DNA from: Hormiphora californensis
Taxonomy: Eukaryota > Animalia > Ctenophora
Assembly (NCBI GenBank): GCA_020137815.1
Contig: CM035362.1
Span: 1,736,001-1,800,000 of the forward strand
Reading direction: 5' to 3'
DNA: 64,000 bases
Within the stretch, counting starts at the first letter, position 1. Each line of letters begins with the position of its first letter. This document shows positions 37,709 to 51,029 of the stretch, one piece after another. A program made the position numbers and the translations under genes. A model generated the notes under the pieces. The model was given only the letters and a program-made list of their open reading frames with translations. It was not told the origin of the DNA and ran no database searches.

Positions 37709-38681
37709 TCCCCCGAAAAACACAAGATAACCACAACTTGTCTGTCACATATCCCTTTGTCGGGTTGGATCAGACCGCGCCGAATCAGCAGCTGCTGCCC
37801 GGACCCTTACAACGTGACCCCCCTAGAGAAAGAGAGCTCCACCCTATCATCATATGGATCAGTATCAGAATTAGGAATGTAATAGAAGTATGAAGTAGAC
37901 AACGTGCCCCACCCTCCAATTTGTCTGGGGAGGGGATCATTGTGAGTCACTGAGGAATCAAGAGGTGGAATCTTTCAGAAAGAGAATCCAACTCAAATTC
38001 CACAGACACACGTGTTTTCTTTGTGAATAATATCACCCCACTCCAACTTACAAAAAGTACCCACGGGTAAACACTGAAAGCACAACCGTTTTTTATGTCT
38101 GGGAAAACACAAATAGAGGGGGTTATACAAAACAGAATATCTCTCTCACACTGCAGCAGCATCAAACATACGAGCTAAAGTCTGTTAGGATAGCCTCACT
38201 CGATCCTCAGTTAAATAATACTCAGCATATTCTATTGGTCTTTATAAATTGTTGGACATAATTCTTATGAATTTACTTTTAGAGAGGCGTTATTCTTGAC
38301 GGTTTGAAGCTTCTACGAATTATACATATTTCTCATTCTCACGAGCTCATTGTGATAACCTTTCACAGACTCGACTTTTGCTTATAATTACATTTCACTT
38401 TGAAAGATTTATTAGCACAGTCCAGCAACCAGGTAATTATGCAGTGCCACACTCGGATCAAGAGATTAGGAGATTCCAATCAGGATTAGGAGAGATTATC
38501 TCAGTCGTGGCAGTACAAGCTGTCAGGTAGCAACCTACCTGTGGCTATCACGACAGAGATTATTGAGACGTGGTCTCTCATCGCTCCGCAAGGGAAGGGT
38601 CAGCGCGATGCCTGACAGTCCCTCTACTTCAAATGTAATTAATGTCTAGTATATTGGGGTGGGTTACCGCACCCATTTATA

Positions 38682-39588
38682 TTAGGTCATTCGGTAAATA
38701 TCTGGACAGGTATGTTTGTGAGAGAACGGAGCTAGATAGAGCCAAGCGACCTGTTCCAGCGTCTTCCTTGGACATTTTTAGGTTGGACTAGGATGGTGGG
38801 AACCTTCGCCTGCTGGCAGTATTGCCTCACGAGCAATATGTTTCAATGCTACTCTAGCTGCCGCTTTATGCTAACTTTTAACTCAATTTTGGACCAATAT
38901 GACCTACTTCCGGATAATTCGGAAAGTTTTTAACCCTATATATTGCTTATTAAATGCCTTGAGATGCTCCATAAACCTTCCTGAAATTTTTGGATAAAAT
39001 TTCTAGCATGGGGAAGCGATTTTCGCTAGATTTGGTAAAGCTGAATTTTAATTTTTTTTACAAATGTTGAAAAAAGCCGCCATGAGCAAGGTACCCATTG
39101 ACCGATCGTAATAAAACTAACATGTGACCTAGAAAATTGTATAAGCTAACATTTAACGTTGGATTCAAGTCATTTAGACGTTTAGAACGTACAAAAACGG
39201 CCATGAAGTGCGCAAGGAGCAATTTTGGCAAAAATCCAATTTTTAAGGATGAAGATGGAATCTAAACGCTTCATTTATGGTTGCATCATATTCAGGCTTA
39301 AAAAGTGATCTAGGAACACTGGTCAAACCGATCATCTGTCCCCAATAGAGAAAATGCCATGACATTTTCAATCATCCGTAGTGCCACAGTTTTTTCTTGC
39401 ATAAAGCGGCAGCAAGAGTAGCATTGAAACATATTGCTCGTGAGGCAATACTGCCAGCAGGCAAAGGTTCCCACCATCCTAGTCCAACCTAAAAATGTCC
39501 AAGGAAGACGCTGGAACAGGTCGCTTGGCTCTATCTAGCTCCGTTCTCTCACAAACATACCTGTCCAGATATATACCGAATGACCTAA
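38682..39588. mobile_element. TA-flanked element with ~190-bp near-perfect TIRs (Tc1/mariner-like, non-autonomous)
   Basis: 38682-38870 is the reverse complement of 39399-39588 (about 3 mismatches); TA at 38680-38681 and 39589-39590. Confidence 0.92.
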
Positions 39589-39958
39589 TAATTAAAGTCC
39601 ATACTTGAGCTTTCTTCCCAAGAAATTATAAAACCGGAAATATGTAACGGGGGAGGGGGGTAATAACATGGTCGATACGTGACCGACGGGCTAACTAGGA
39701 AATACAAAATTATTTTAGAACTTCTTGAATTTGGACATTTCAGACGCCAGTAAACACATAACTAAAAAGGCATGGTATGAGTTTTTGTGATATTTCCCAC
39801 GGTCATAGTTCCACCCCTCTGATACGACAGAGACTTTGGAGGTAATTAGGTAACTCTTCCTAGCATCCGATTTTGAAGTCTCTATATTATCAGGGAGTGG
39901 AGGTTTGAGCTTTAGAAATAACACAACGTCAGGGCCTTTTTAGTTAGGGTCTAACACG

Positions 39959-40205
39959 GCGGATAACGGATCCCCAATTGAACTCCTAGAAAAGAAGCTC
40001 AGGTTTTCCCCCTCGAAAATCGCTCTGCACATTATGAATTATGTGATTTTCTGAGAAGAAAGTTGAGTCGCTTGACACTGTGTCGCGAAAGTTGAGTCGT
40101 CTGACACTGTGTCAAGAAAGCACATAATTTGTAATGCACAAAGCGATTTCCAATGGGGAAAACCTGGGTTTTTTCAGGGTGTTTAATCGGCGATCCGTAA
40201 TCCGC
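39959..40205. mobile_element. Old degenerate foldback MITE
   Basis: GCGGATAACGGATC ... GATCCGTAATCCGC with degenerate arms throughout. Confidence 0.6.
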
Positions 40206-41169
40206 TGCCTTACTTTACATACCAATATGCAGCCCCAACTATTATTCGTATAGCCTGCCAGGCCAATGCTCTGACAGCGTATAGCCCAATTTCAAGGATC
40301 ATCCCGGCTAATCGCTGAAAATTTCACTGAAATTTTAGGAATTAGCCGGGCCCCGGGACTGAAATCCCAAATTAACAGAGGCTACAAATAGTATCTAGCA
40401 ATCACTAATTAAAGCTTTAAAACACCAGAAGAACTTATAATGCTTATAGAAAATTTACTGTCTGAACGCTGACGCCCTGTTCTGATTGCACTGTCGCGTA
40501 TTCAAAACGGGGCCTGCAGCCAGACAGGATATAATAGCTCGACCTCGTTCAGCCTGCAATTAACTATACCATCTCTACTCAACTCAACATAATATCGCAC
40601 TGTAAAAACAGTGTACTCTCCACGGGAGAGAAAGGCTTCAAAGATTATCTTTCTCTCTCTCTCATTCTCTATCTCTATCTCTATCTCTATCTCTGAATCT
40701 CTCTCTCTTAGGCATGCTTATCTCGCAAAATAGTTACCACAAAATATGAGCTATAACAGCTATATATGAAAGAGCATTGCCCTAAAAACTATCAACAGCT
40801 GTTATATACTGAAATCAAGCTCCGATATATAAATAAGTTAAATAAATCAGCTCCTTCACATGCATTATAAGATATTATAGATTCCACTAGTTCAGCTAAA
40901 ATTAATGGAAGAATGCAAGAAGAATAATAAACTTTATTTCATAGCATATTATTTATATTTGAGTCTCATAGTTACTAGTTATTGTCATGGTGGCTAGTAG
41001 AGTTTATCTCTTGCGACGAGCATTATACCACAATAGTCACAGAGAGAGAGAGATGGTTCAAAACCAGACACTGTTTAACCTTGTTGAGAGACTGGTCTCT
41101 CTCTCTCTCTCTCTGCTTCGAGTTATATTGCAACCCTTACTAAACTGAACACTGTTATTATGTTTCATG

Positions 41170-41460
41170 TTAGCTAGCATCCTTCTTGCTGTTCCACATA
41201 GCATCACACCCTACCACCCTACTCTCCCATTCATGGACCCAATTAGTTTGGTCCTCTGCCTTGCATTTCTCTTTGTTTTCCAACCTCAGGATGTGACCCC
41301 ATTCCTTCCTGTCATGGCACACTATAGTCCCCATTTCAGACATGATGGCCCTGTTCTTTCTGCACGACACACTTTTGACAAAGAAGGGGAATTTGTTGAA
41401 GCGCCGAACGTAGAAGGTTTCCAGTTCACAGATTGTGAGGGTGCCTCTGTTCGTTGAGTC
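41170..41460 (-). CDS. C-terminal exon of a putative IL-17/Trunk-type cystine-knot-like protein (5' part in low-quality sequence)
   Basis: STNRGTLTICELETFYVRRFNKFPFFVKSVSC..IVCHDRKEWGHILRL..C..NWVHEWESRVVGCDAMW..*; Cys spacing and FP, ILR, W and VGC landmarks. Confidence 0.55.
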   Translation of the reverse strand, partial: DSTNRGTLTICELETFYVRRFNKFPFFVKSVSCRKNRAIMSEMGTIVCHDRKEWGHILRLENKEKCKAEDQTNWVHEWESRVVGCDAMWNSKKDAS

Positions 41461-41479
41461 GCCCCGGTTAAAAACCGAT

Positions 41480-43680
41480 GGAAAAAGGGCTTGTTCAAAC
41501 GTCACGTGGCCCCTCGGCTCGGGGGTTGTTTGGGGGGGTAGGTGCGGAGGGGGGGTTCCTTTTTCTCGGGTTTCCCCTTTGTACGTCTTTAATGGGCCAA
41601 AAATACCTCCCATCGTACGTGCCCAAACCCCGGGAAACTGTGGGGACAGGTTCGGTTTTTTAAAATCCTCTTCCTCGAAGAGGGGGTCTGAAATTTTTTA
41701 AGAAAGGTGTGATTTGGTCAAAAAAGGGCCCAGCGATTTACGGGAGAGAATGGGCATCTACCAATTTGGATAAAAAGGGAAATTTGGAAAATTTTCCATG
41801 AAAATAACGGGGCTATTGTAATGAAAATCAATGAGATTTAATTTTAGAGCAAAATCAAGTAGCATGCACCTAAGCGGGTGCGAGGCAAAGAAAGAGAAAT
41901 AAAGAGGGGGGGATACTGCAAGATATCAAGTACAACACACTTACGTCTAATCTATTAGCACGCTGAGTAACCCGTTGTATGGGCTGACAGTGTTTTTTTC
42001 TCTGCTGTTTTCCACCTCTCTCAATCCCCTCTGAATTGGGCCCGTCCTCCGCACCTTTCTCCTACCAGGTTTTCGTCAAAGTGGATAGGTAGCCCGTCTG
42101 TGTTTTTTTTTTTATGAAATTTTTGGGTGGGGGGTTTGATTGGGGAAAAGAGAGGAGAGAGAGAGAGAGAGGAAGAAAAGAGAGAAGAAGATAGAGAGAG
42201 GTATAGGGGGCGAAGAAATAAGAGAGAGAGAGAAGAGGGGAAAGTAGAGGGGAAGAATGGAGAGCCCCGGGGGGGCCCCGGGGGGGAAAAAACCCCTAGT
42301 AGTAATTATTGGGGGGGCGCGGAGGTGTGGGGGGCCCCCCCCCCCCGGGGGCCCCTCGCCCCCCGCCCCCGGGGGCCCCGGGGGACTTTTTTGGGGGGGG
42401 GGGGGGGGGGGGTTCTTTTCCCCTTTCCCCCCTAAAAACAAAAAACAAATTTGGGACAAGGCAATGCCCGGGGGACTTGGGTAAGGTAAAAAGTCGTTAA
42501 AAAGTACACTCGTAAATGGGCGGGTATTGTGCAAACCCCCGTTTTCCCCCCCTTTCGTTTTGCTCCTGTTTGACGTCTCTAATGTCTCTCATAGGTTTGA
42601 ACAACCGTCTACAGCCATAAATCCGAGTTTTTTTTCGGGGCCCGGCAAGGGCCCCCCCACCCGAAATAACCCCAAACTCAAACCCCCTCCCCCCCAAAAA
42701 AATCCCCCCCCAAAATAAAACAACGGGCCGAGCCACAGGCCCTTAAAAACCCCGATGAAAAAAAAAACCATAAAACCCCTAAAAACCTAAAACCCTAAAC
42801 CCTAAAAACCTAAACCTTATTTTTTAAGTGAAAAATTTTTTAAACCCCCTGAAGTGTAGAGAGGGTTCTAGGCCCTTGGGGAAAAATCCGAATCCCGCGA
42901 GTATAGGGGTGGGCGATTTCCATAAACCCAAAACCCATAAAGGGGGGGACGCGAAAAACACAAAAAAAGGGTAAAAAAACCCGGGGAATTAGAAGGGGTA
43001 GAAAAATGTCAGGGTGCGTTGGAAGCTTCGAGGGGCGAAATTGGGAAAGAGCCCGTAAAATGTTATTAGGACAAGCACAAACATTTTCAGAAAAACGGAA
43101 GAAAACCCATTCTGGAATGTGCCAAGATACAATTAGCAAAACAATCAGTTATACAGTCAATTAACAAAACATTACAATTAATTATATACCTGATTAGCAA
43201 TCATGAAAGCTGTTCGAGTTGTATGCAAGTAATATAAAATACGAAACGAAACCATATGTGATATGTAGGGAGGTGGTGGGACTTTGTTTCCCCTTTTATA
43301 CAGGCCCTCCCTCTTCCGCCGGCAGGCCCCCAATCACGTGGCACTCTCATTCTCACGTGCAGCAGGAGCAGTACAGAGGGTTGAACTGCTGCAGACGCAA
43401 TGTTTTGAGTGAGAGAGAGAGGGGGAGAGAGAGGGAGGATGAGGGGGTGAGAGAGAGGAGACAGTAGGTAGCGGTAGAGAGTGGAGAGGAGAGAAGAGGA
43501 GAGAAGACTCGAGGGGGCTGGGGCATACGAGTGAACGAAGGGAGGGAGAGGATGAGGAGAGATTAAGGAGAGGGGAGTGAGAGAGAAAGTGAGGAGAGAC
43601 GAGATGGATTAGAGAGGATTTAGAAGAAAGGGGGGGGAGGGGGGGGTGAGTGACAGAGAGGGGGGGGGGGAAAAAATATG
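41480..43680. other. Probable low-quality, error-rich sequence
   Basis: Extreme G/C/A homopolymer runs and uninformative Gly/Pro ORFs. Confidence 0.7.
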
Positions 43681-45700
43681 ATCATTTTCATGAAATTTAG
43701 ACTGTGAAGTGAGACCCTAATTCATGGCAAACTATTTCCGGGAGTATCATCTCTCCCTCTCTCTTTCTTTCGAGACTACGTCATTGGATTTTTGTAGTGT
43801 GGGTGGGGGTGGATGTCTACCTATAATAGGGGAGGGGAGGGAGGGGTCTCCTTCTCCGACGGCGCGTGCCGACGGGAATTTAAAATATACTGGACATTGT
43901 CCAGTGAACAAACCTTATTATGAGAGATAGTGAGAAGGAGAGGGAGGGAAAGGGAGAAAGAGAGGGAGGGAAAGGGAGATAGTGAGAGGGAGAGGGGAGA
44001 TAGTAAGAGAGGGACTAGAGGTCAGAGGGGCGACATCTCCTTCCTTTCTCCATGCAATTGGACCCAAGGTATAGACGTAGCTGCGGCATGGTCTTTGAGT
44101 TTGTATGGTCAAGCGTGCACCCGGACCTCAGGTACACACGTGTGTTGGGTTCTGCTACTGCATGACATGACTCTCCATCCCAATATATTACATGCATCTC
44201 AAGCTATATTATAGAGTCTATCTAGAATCCCCATCCCTGGCCTTGTCTATCCCTGTGTCTCTCTGTTGCTGTCTCTTACTGTCTCTATATCTCTCGATCT
44301 CGCTCTCTCTCTTTCTCTGTTTCAACTGGGCTAGGTCATCCAGTGTTCCCTAGCGCTCTGAAAATACTTTCAAAGATTACATATTATAGTCTGTCCTTGA
44401 CAACTTATATATTACCTAGACAGTCATGACTCGGCAGGGACAGAATGCAACTCAGCCCACCGTCCTTGTCGAATGTCGACAATTTTCCATAAAGTATCAA
44501 CCCCCCCCCCCCCCCCCCCCGTATCAAGTCATCAAAGCAACTTCCCAATAGAATTCGTTTAGTATTCTTGCATTAAATTATCAGCGGTTTCCAACCCTTC
44601 AGAACTATAAATTTCAAACTTGACTCCTTGATTCTCTCAGAATCTCAACTTCATCGCTGTTTGGGAGTGGCATATTCCTCTGTATAGATTAGGTGATCCT
44701 ATTATCCTAATTTATACCACCCCCATGATACCGCCTCCTACCCACGTGACCATATTTGAGTCATCATGACTGGATGGGGGGGGTCCGTTTCAGACAGGTA
44801 TCATATGAAACTCAGGGATATAGGGCATGCCCTACATACTACTTATTATAAGTGTCTTGCAGGGGCCGGTCGTGCACAAAAATACTCCAGTCATGATTTT
44901 TACCATTTTATGCCATAAATTATGGGCGTTCCACCTTGAAGAGACAGAGCGAGAGGGGGAGAGAGAGTGAGAGAGAGAAAAGAGAAAGTGAAAGGTAGGA
45001 ATATATTTTTGGGTTTTTATTAACCTTTTCGACCTTTACGTAGTCTCTCGACTCAGATCCATTACAGAAAAAACGAGAATATTCTTTTTTGCCTCTCTAC
45101 AACTCTGTCAAATTCCCTTCCATATTCAAACGACTTCCCCATTTACTAAAATTAAATTGCAACTAAATTTCATAGAGATCCACTACCGAACAGCTCAAGC
45201 TTGAAGTCTCAGATCTGTCAAATGAAGGAGATCAGTAATTCGTTAGAAATAGAAAGATGAAGATAAGATAAATAGGGATCAGTATGAAGATAAATAGGAA
45301 TCAGTATCGAGCTTAGGAGAGTGCAGTTTAGATAAGAGAAATCAGTTTAGGAGTTTCAGGAGCTAGGGGGTTGTTTCGCAAGATATCTGAGATTATATCT
45401 TTTAATTCCCTAGAAAATATGGGCAATGAAGACAGTGAGGGATCAGAGCATTGGCCTGACAGTGAGGGAAGCGATAATTTGATACTATCGCGTGTTCCCA
45501 ACCGATAGTTACTTTATCTGTCACATATTCGCATTTCTCGTGATCCCTAGCATACCATAGCCTAGATTTCTGATATTTTATCTTATCGTATCTATTTTGA
45601 AAGACTGTATTTATACGGATTTCTAGGGAAAAACTTATCTATATCATATTTTCTTGGCTATTACTCTACTTAGAAGTATTTCAAAAACTCAAGTTACGCT

Positions 45701-45845
45701 CCAGTTACAAAATTTGAAACTGACATCAGTTTCAAATTTTGTAACTGGTCCAGTTGCAGAATTGAAACTGACATCAGTTTCAAATTGTGTAGCTGGTCCA
45801 GTTGCGGAGTTGAAACTGACATCAGTTTCAAATTTTGTAACTGGT
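45701..45845. repeat. Three tandem 48-49-bp units, each a palindrome
   Basis: Unit 1 CCAGTTACAAAATTTGAAACTGA-CA-TCAGTTTCAAATTTTGTAACTGG is a perfect 23-bp stem. Confidence 0.9.
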
Positions 45846-45942
45846 CCCTTATAGTTCTAGTCCTAGTCCAAGCTAAAAGACTATTGTCGATTGTCGAATG
45901 TCGAGTCCCAAATCTAACACAGACTATCTGCCCATTATAGTA

Positions 45943-47522
45943 ATGTCCAAACACAGGTCACCCCTCTCACCGCTGACAACACACAAACCTTCTCCTAATG
46001 GTCGGCGGGAAAAACATAGGTGGGTTTGTTCTTTTGTCATAATTTGGTGTGTTTTTTAACTGCTTATATGATTGTTTTCTAGTAGAAGCCCCCGCGGAGA
46101 TCCGGAGACGGGACATAATTTCAACATTTTGTTTCAGAGAGCACCTGCTTTACAAAGTGCGGAAGTACTGTCAGTTCGAACAGGTGAACTCACTAGAGAC
46201 AACCGTTAAAAAAGATCCAACGCTTCTAGCTGCTGTAGGGCCAAATGGTGAGTACACGAACACACTCGTCTAAAAAGGCTGGGCCAGCCGAACCCGACCT
46301 AGCAAGAGTAACCCATAGTAACCCATGGTAACCACTCTTCAATCCCCCAGGCAACATGCCAGTCCACGTGTGTGCCGAATATGGGAGTATCGAGTGTCTA
46401 AAGTTCATTTGTACTCAAAAGGGAGATAACATCTCAGCTAAGAACTCCAAAGGTATGTGGAATCACGGTCAGCATAAAGGCCTAGATTTGTCTTGCTCGA
46501 CCCTCTCTTAGACGAAAATGTCAGAATATAGGCGTTTTTCTCATTCAAATTCCGTAATTTCCGTATACCCTTCATCGCAGATTACCATGTATCCAAAACA
46601 TTACAGGTCTAACCGCTCTCCATATCGCCTCGTCACGTGGTCATGTGCGTGTTATGAGGCTACTAGTGGTGTTAGGGGAGGATGTCAATAGTCGGACTGC
46701 AGAGAGGAAAACACCTCTACACTTCGCTGCCAAACAGTGAGTTTTAGAACAGACTTCTTTTTAGGGTTTTAGAGGTCAGACTGAATACTGATTATCCTTT
46801 CGAGGTTTGACAAACAGGCTTCTCTTTTTGGCGCACAATCAAGGGGGTTCTCTTTGAATGGACAAATACATGAAATATAACCGTCGACATCTGAATCATC
46901 CCCCTAGCAACAACGAAGGTGCGTGCAGATGGTTGCTAAGTAACAATGCTGACCCATCGATAATCGATAGCCATGGACGGAGTCCCATCGACCTAGCTCA
47001 CCAAACGAAACACAATTCCTGTATCAAAATAATCGAAAACTACAAGCAATCGTGAGTTTTATGCCTCAGTTGTTGGCGAAATCTATCTTTCTGTATCCGA
47101 CTGTCTGGCGCCGATCCGATCTGAGCATACCTTTATTTAATTTCATACAGTTGCCGGCTGAACACATTTTAGCTGGTCCCTAATATCAGAAACCATTGCG
47201 TTTTAGACGGAAGACGTTAAGAAAGCAAAGAAGTAGCTCCTCGTTGAACAACTTGAATAGTGTTGATATTTCGGTGGAGTTCTCTACTTACCAGGTAATC
47301 AACCAATTAGCCAATTAGTACTCTACTTAATTAGTTAACCAATTAGTTCTCTACTTATCAGGTAAATTAATTAACCAGTTAGCCATGTTTTATCGAGCGA
47401 GTGGTGATCATCCTGTCAGTGAGTTTAGCTGGGCGCATCGCTTGTGAACTGACGGCTAATACGTCCAGCACTAAAAGATGGCATTTCACTAGGGAGATAA
47501 GAGAGAGAGGGAGAGAGAGAGG

Positions 47523-47556
<34 letters not shown>

Positions 47557-47600
47557 TAGTAGAGAGAGAGAAGAGAGAGAGAGAGGAGAGAGAGAGAGAG

Positions 47601-47699
<99 letters not shown>

Positions 47700-49717
47700 A
47701 AGAGCCAGACATACGGGAGGGATTGAGGTAGATAAAGAGACAAAGTTTGGCATGAACGTATAAACATCGCACCGAGAAAGGACTAATTGGTAGTGACTGA
47801 CACATTCTGCTGGGAGTGGTTAAATATAAATATAACCACTGGTTATACCCAGCGACTGTCATGTCAAGAAATGCTGAACGATGACATAATTGAGATTTAT
47901 TACTTTTCTCAAAACAATAATGTTGTTGAGTAACATAAGTTGTTATTTGCAGTTGGGTGCCGAATGGACGGTCAAAACAAAACGAAGAACCAGTTGTCAG
48001 GACAGCTTAGACATCCCAAAATCAAAGGTAATATACAATCCAGTATAGAAATTAAACCCGGCTCGAATTGTGCCGACCAGATCTTTCGCTGTCTGACACG
48101 CACTGGACAGGTATTTCATGATTGTTTTGCATTTGAAGAGATCGAAACAGATAAGTATCATTTTTCTCTCTCTTATCTCCAGCAACTCCATAACAGCAAC
48201 TCTCTCTCTCTCCAGCAGCTTCATAACAGCAACCCTCTCTCTCTCCCCAGCAACTTCATAACAGCAACTCAACATCACGGCGGTTCAGCTACCAGGGGCA
48301 ACTCAGAAGGGATCTAAAGGGAACATGTACGGTGTACGAGGGGATCACAGAGGAGTCAATCGAGGAGCTGAATTTAGAATTCGGGGATGAAGATGAAGAG
48401 GATTCGGCGAACTCTCGTCCTGAGTCCGCTTCCAGTGACATTGTTCAGATGCCAAGGTAACTAGGCCGAACCTCATATGAGGCCTGTCTGGCGCCGCGAC
48501 CCATCTGAGCGCACTGTCGCACGCTCAGATTATAGATTTGAGAATCAAATGGGGTATGGCGCCGCCATACAGTATGACGCCTGAGCATTTGCTATGCGAA
48601 AACCCTTTAATCTAGAAAATTGCTGCCTTTATTTCAACTGAGATCCAATTCTCCCCCCCCCCCCCCAGCGATGCTAGTGAGAGTTCTAATGCTGATGGTA
48701 GTGGCAAGTCGTATAACAGGAGTATCAGTGTACCATCACCAAGGTAAACATAGTTGAAACAATTGTTGTGTGGTTCTGGGCCTTGTTTTGTTGTTGCCCA
48801 GTAAATACAGTTTCGAATTCGAGTGGTTCGAAAATGCTATCAATTTAGTCGGTATTTGTATAGATTGATTACCACGGCAAGTGGAATGTAAATTCATGAT
48901 CCAACGATTGGGGACATTTCCCTTTCGATTATATGGATAAATTTCCCTACTCTAACCAGGCCACTGCTCTCGTGCTCAGGCCAATACTCTGACAGATAAA
49001 TCTCCCCTCTCTGTCCTTGTTGAGTCCACCTCAACAACTCTGTCTGCAGGCAAAAGTGGACCAAGATGAGACCGGAACAGAACGTCTTTATGAGGGTCAT
49101 GAAGAAATATGTGGTGGAGAAACTGAGAACAAAATCAGACCATACCAGCCCCAACAGGTCAGTTAAAAGCTAATTGGGGAGAGCTAGTTGGGGAGAGCTA
49201 ATACAAACTAATTGTTAAGAATATTACTGAATTCATCCAAGGTTAATTCTTTATGCCCGGCTCCTACAAACAGCTGTACGTGGGAGTGGTTGCTGTACGT
49301 GGTTTTGAGCCATTATAGCAGGACCACTCCCTCCCCCTTCCGGCCCTTCCCTCTCCCTCTCTCTCTTGATAATTCACATTCACTCTATAACCACATTTCT
49401 GCGCCAATTAGAGCCCAGTGCTTTCACTGTAAAAGTAGAACCCCTATTTACCGGCCCCCGATTTACCAGAAGGATAAAAACCCCTGTTGTAGAAAATTAA
49501 CCATATTTGATTTACCGTGCAAAACCCCTCACCCGAGCATCCCGGTAAATCGGGGTCCAACTGGGTAGTTACATATTATACTGCATTTGATAAATTTCCT
49601 TTTTAAAACTCAGCAAATATTTCCAGGAAAGTGAAGTTCCAGGAATCAATAGAGCGGTGCTTTAGCTACGATAATGTCTTCGAATCGAGCAGAAATATGG
49701 ATCATTCTAACACCTGA
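45943..49717 (+). CDS. Ankyrin-repeat protein with Ser-rich tail and C-terminal RVxF-type motif (401 aa, 11 exons)
   Basis: Exons 45943-46019, 46138-46247, 46351-46452, 46607-46736, 46908-47051, 47207-47294, 47953-48027, 48251-48456, 48669-48743, 49050-49157, 49627-49717; repeats GNMPVHVCA, GLTALHIAS, RKTPLHFAA, GRSPIDLA; RKVKF near the end. Confidence 0.88.
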
Positions 49718-49885
49718 AAGTATTATACCCCGGTCTTTTCTCTCGAAGGTTCTTAACTACATATTGGATGATCGTAACACCTGAAAGTATACCCCGGTCT
49801 TTTCTCTCGAAGGTTCTCAACTACATATTGGATGATCCTAACGCCTAAAAGTGACAGGGTGATTTTCTCTCGAAGGTTCTCAACT
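49697..49885. repeat. Three ~60-bp tandem repeats overlapping the stop codon
   Basis: GGAT..TAACACCTGAAAG..TTTTCTCTCGAAGGTTCTYAACT repeated three times. Confidence 0.85.
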
Positions 49886-50835
49886 GAATATAATATTGTT
49901 TAAGTGTCTGTGAGATACTAAACTGTTTTAAATATAAAAGTGGGAGTGGTCAGATAAATAGATGTTCAAACTCATAAAATATCTTTGTGTGAAATTTATT
50001 ATTTTATCCTGCTGATTGTTATTATATGTTTGTTTTCCATGCTAATGATATCTTTTGTATTTGTTTTTCCGTTGAATTTTAATAAATAATCTTACCTATT
50101 ATACCCACGGGAGCTGATTTGTCTAAGTAAGACTAAGAAAGGAGAGGGTAAACGAGTAATTTGTGACCCACGAAGTTAGAGTGGGGAGTGAAATTAAGCT
50201 TCTCTTTCTTTTGAATAAACCTTTAATAATTTCAATATGTAGTTACATAGAACTCTTGACTTCTTGGGTGGGCGACAATTCAGTCGAGACATGTTGTCTG
50301 TTCGTAAACTAAGAGTTAAGATAAGACTGCACTACCAGGGTATTTCAGGCACACTAAACTACAAAATACGGAGTTCAATAATATACATGTCCCGTTATAA
50401 AATTTGTCAGATAATTTGTTGCCTGGCTAGACAAATGTAAAGGGAGGGTTAGAACATAGCAAATAATTTGCCATTAATTCCTGAGTTATAATAACGATCA
50501 TAAGGGGAGAGTAATTGCTAAATAGGAGCTTTTACATAGAGCGGAGTATTTAAATTCACTAAATATTATACTAAGGGTCCCTTCTTTATATAATTTGAAC
50601 GTGCTGAATATGTTATTCGTCATTTCGTCGACTCAATTCTGTTAATTCTGTTTACAAGAACTGCTAGATACTAATTTTCTGGTCTTAATTTCGTCTTTTG
50701 AAATCACAGCTGTCACCCCTGTCAGGCGCATCACGCTGACCCAATTCTCATGCGCTTCGCTCAGAAGTTGAGCGATGAGAGTGGTCTTGCATCGCGCTGA
50801 TATGATACTTGACAGGTCACCCCACACGTTACACG

Positions 50836-51029
50836 GCTGCTTGCAGTCAGAATACGGTAATGGAAAACGGGAGACACTGTATGAAGGCGCGCAATCGAGG
50901 CCAATCGGCGCGTTAGTACGTGCTGACAAAAATTACTTTTAACAGATTGTTGACAAAAGCCCTTGCGCGTTACGCAAATTCCGCGCAGATTACTGTATTT
51001 TGTATTACCGTATTCTGACTGCAAGCAGC
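50836..51029. mobile_element. MITE-like element
   Basis: GCTGCTTGCAGTCAGAATACGGTAAT ... ATTACCGTATTCTGACTGCAAGCAGC. Confidence 0.7.

Noticed and set aside
42112-42820. Gly/Pro-rich ORFs and a CCCTAAA telomere-like run
   Set aside because: Lies in homopolymer-rich, apparently low-quality sequence
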